Shown piece by piece: positions 63,487-64,000 of a DNA stretch of 64,000 nt (position 1 is its first letter; every line of letters begins with the position of its first letter). Both the position numbers and the translations under genes were made by a program. The stretch comes from Saccostrea echinata (lineage: Eukaryota): contig NW_026889750.1 of NCBI RefSeq assembly GCF_033153115.1, positions 2,232,001 through 2,296,000 of the forward strand, read 5' to 3'. The notes below the pieces were generated by a model. It made no database searches and was not told where the DNA came from. It saw nothing but the letters and a program-made list of their open reading frames with translations.

Positions 63487-64000
63487 CTGTGGAATCATTA
63501 GATTTCGTGGTGTCTCAGTTTTCGTGAAATTCGTGAGTTCCTTTTCTTCGCGAGTTAACAGTCGCCCGCGTGGCGCAGTGGTTAGAGCGTTCGCTCTAGA
63601 GTCGCGGAGTAAGGAGTTAATCCTTACGAATCCCACTGTTGGACGTGGAGACCGGTCCTTCGGTTGAGACCGTATAAACTGAGGTCCCGTGTTGCAGTAG
63701 GTGCTGGCACGAAAAAGATCCCTCACTGCTCAATGGCCCTAAGTGCCGAGTATAGGTCAAAATTTGTAGCTCTCCACCGGCAAGTTGTGGCGTCTCCATA
63801 CGAGTGAAAAAATCTCGAGAGGGACGTTAAACAATAAACAAACAAAAAAAAAAAAAAACGAGTTAACATCCTCCACGAACTAATGAACTACGGTTACAAA
63901 GTTATATTTCCTTTTTTGGGTATAAAGAGAATACACGAAATGTGTCCCCAAAAACCTGTAATATTTCTGCAATCCACGAAAATTGGCCCCTACGAATTTA
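63487..64000. mobile_element. MITE (CTGTGGAATCATT.. TTTCGTG type) interrupted by a SINE; runs to the window end
   Basis: TTTCGTG repeats at the left end and CACGAAAA repeats at the right end, as in 11099-11279. Confidence 0.5.
63561..63858 (+). mobile_element. tRNA-derived SINE, full length
   Basis: A box TGGCGCAGTGG, GGCACGAAAAAGATCCC core, A-rich tail, perfect 10-bp TSD CGAGTTAACA. Confidence 0.92.

Noticed and set aside
57470-63799. Similar short ORFs at 57470, 62903 and 63415
   Set aside because: They are translations of SINE copies.

Overview
AT-rich eukaryotic DNA, most likely a bivalve (oyster-like) scaffold, judged from its repeat families. It has two assembly gaps and no prokaryotic features. 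Manual exon reading finds two head-to-tail paralogous genes on the minus strand that the ORF track mostly misses. Gene B (ATG 43531 to stop 2966) encodes a signal peptide, seven 6-Cys modules resembling oyster cvSI/I84 inhibitor repeats (six from a recent 1.51-kb triplication), Thr-rich mucin-like linkers and a C-terminal three-finger (Ly6/uPAR-like) domain. It also carries an apparently decayed ~100-aa cadherin-like exon cassette. Gene A (3' part only, >62429 to stop 54380) has an array of 15-nt Thr-rich microexons, a 6-Cys module pair, a Thr/Ala linker and a shorter three-finger domain. Nearly all exons are symmetric phase 1-1. A full-length but decayed Ty3/Gypsy element (11315-20927, AATT TSD) lies antisense in an intron of gene B. 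A 305-bp TRIM with tRNA-derived LTRs (25251-25555) shares its termini and an unusual offset PBS with that Gypsy. The rest is Penelope-like fragments, tRNA-SINEs, Helentron/HINE-type satellite-bearing elements, TTAA-flanked MITEs and hairpin-ended elements. All calls are by eye; no database search was run.
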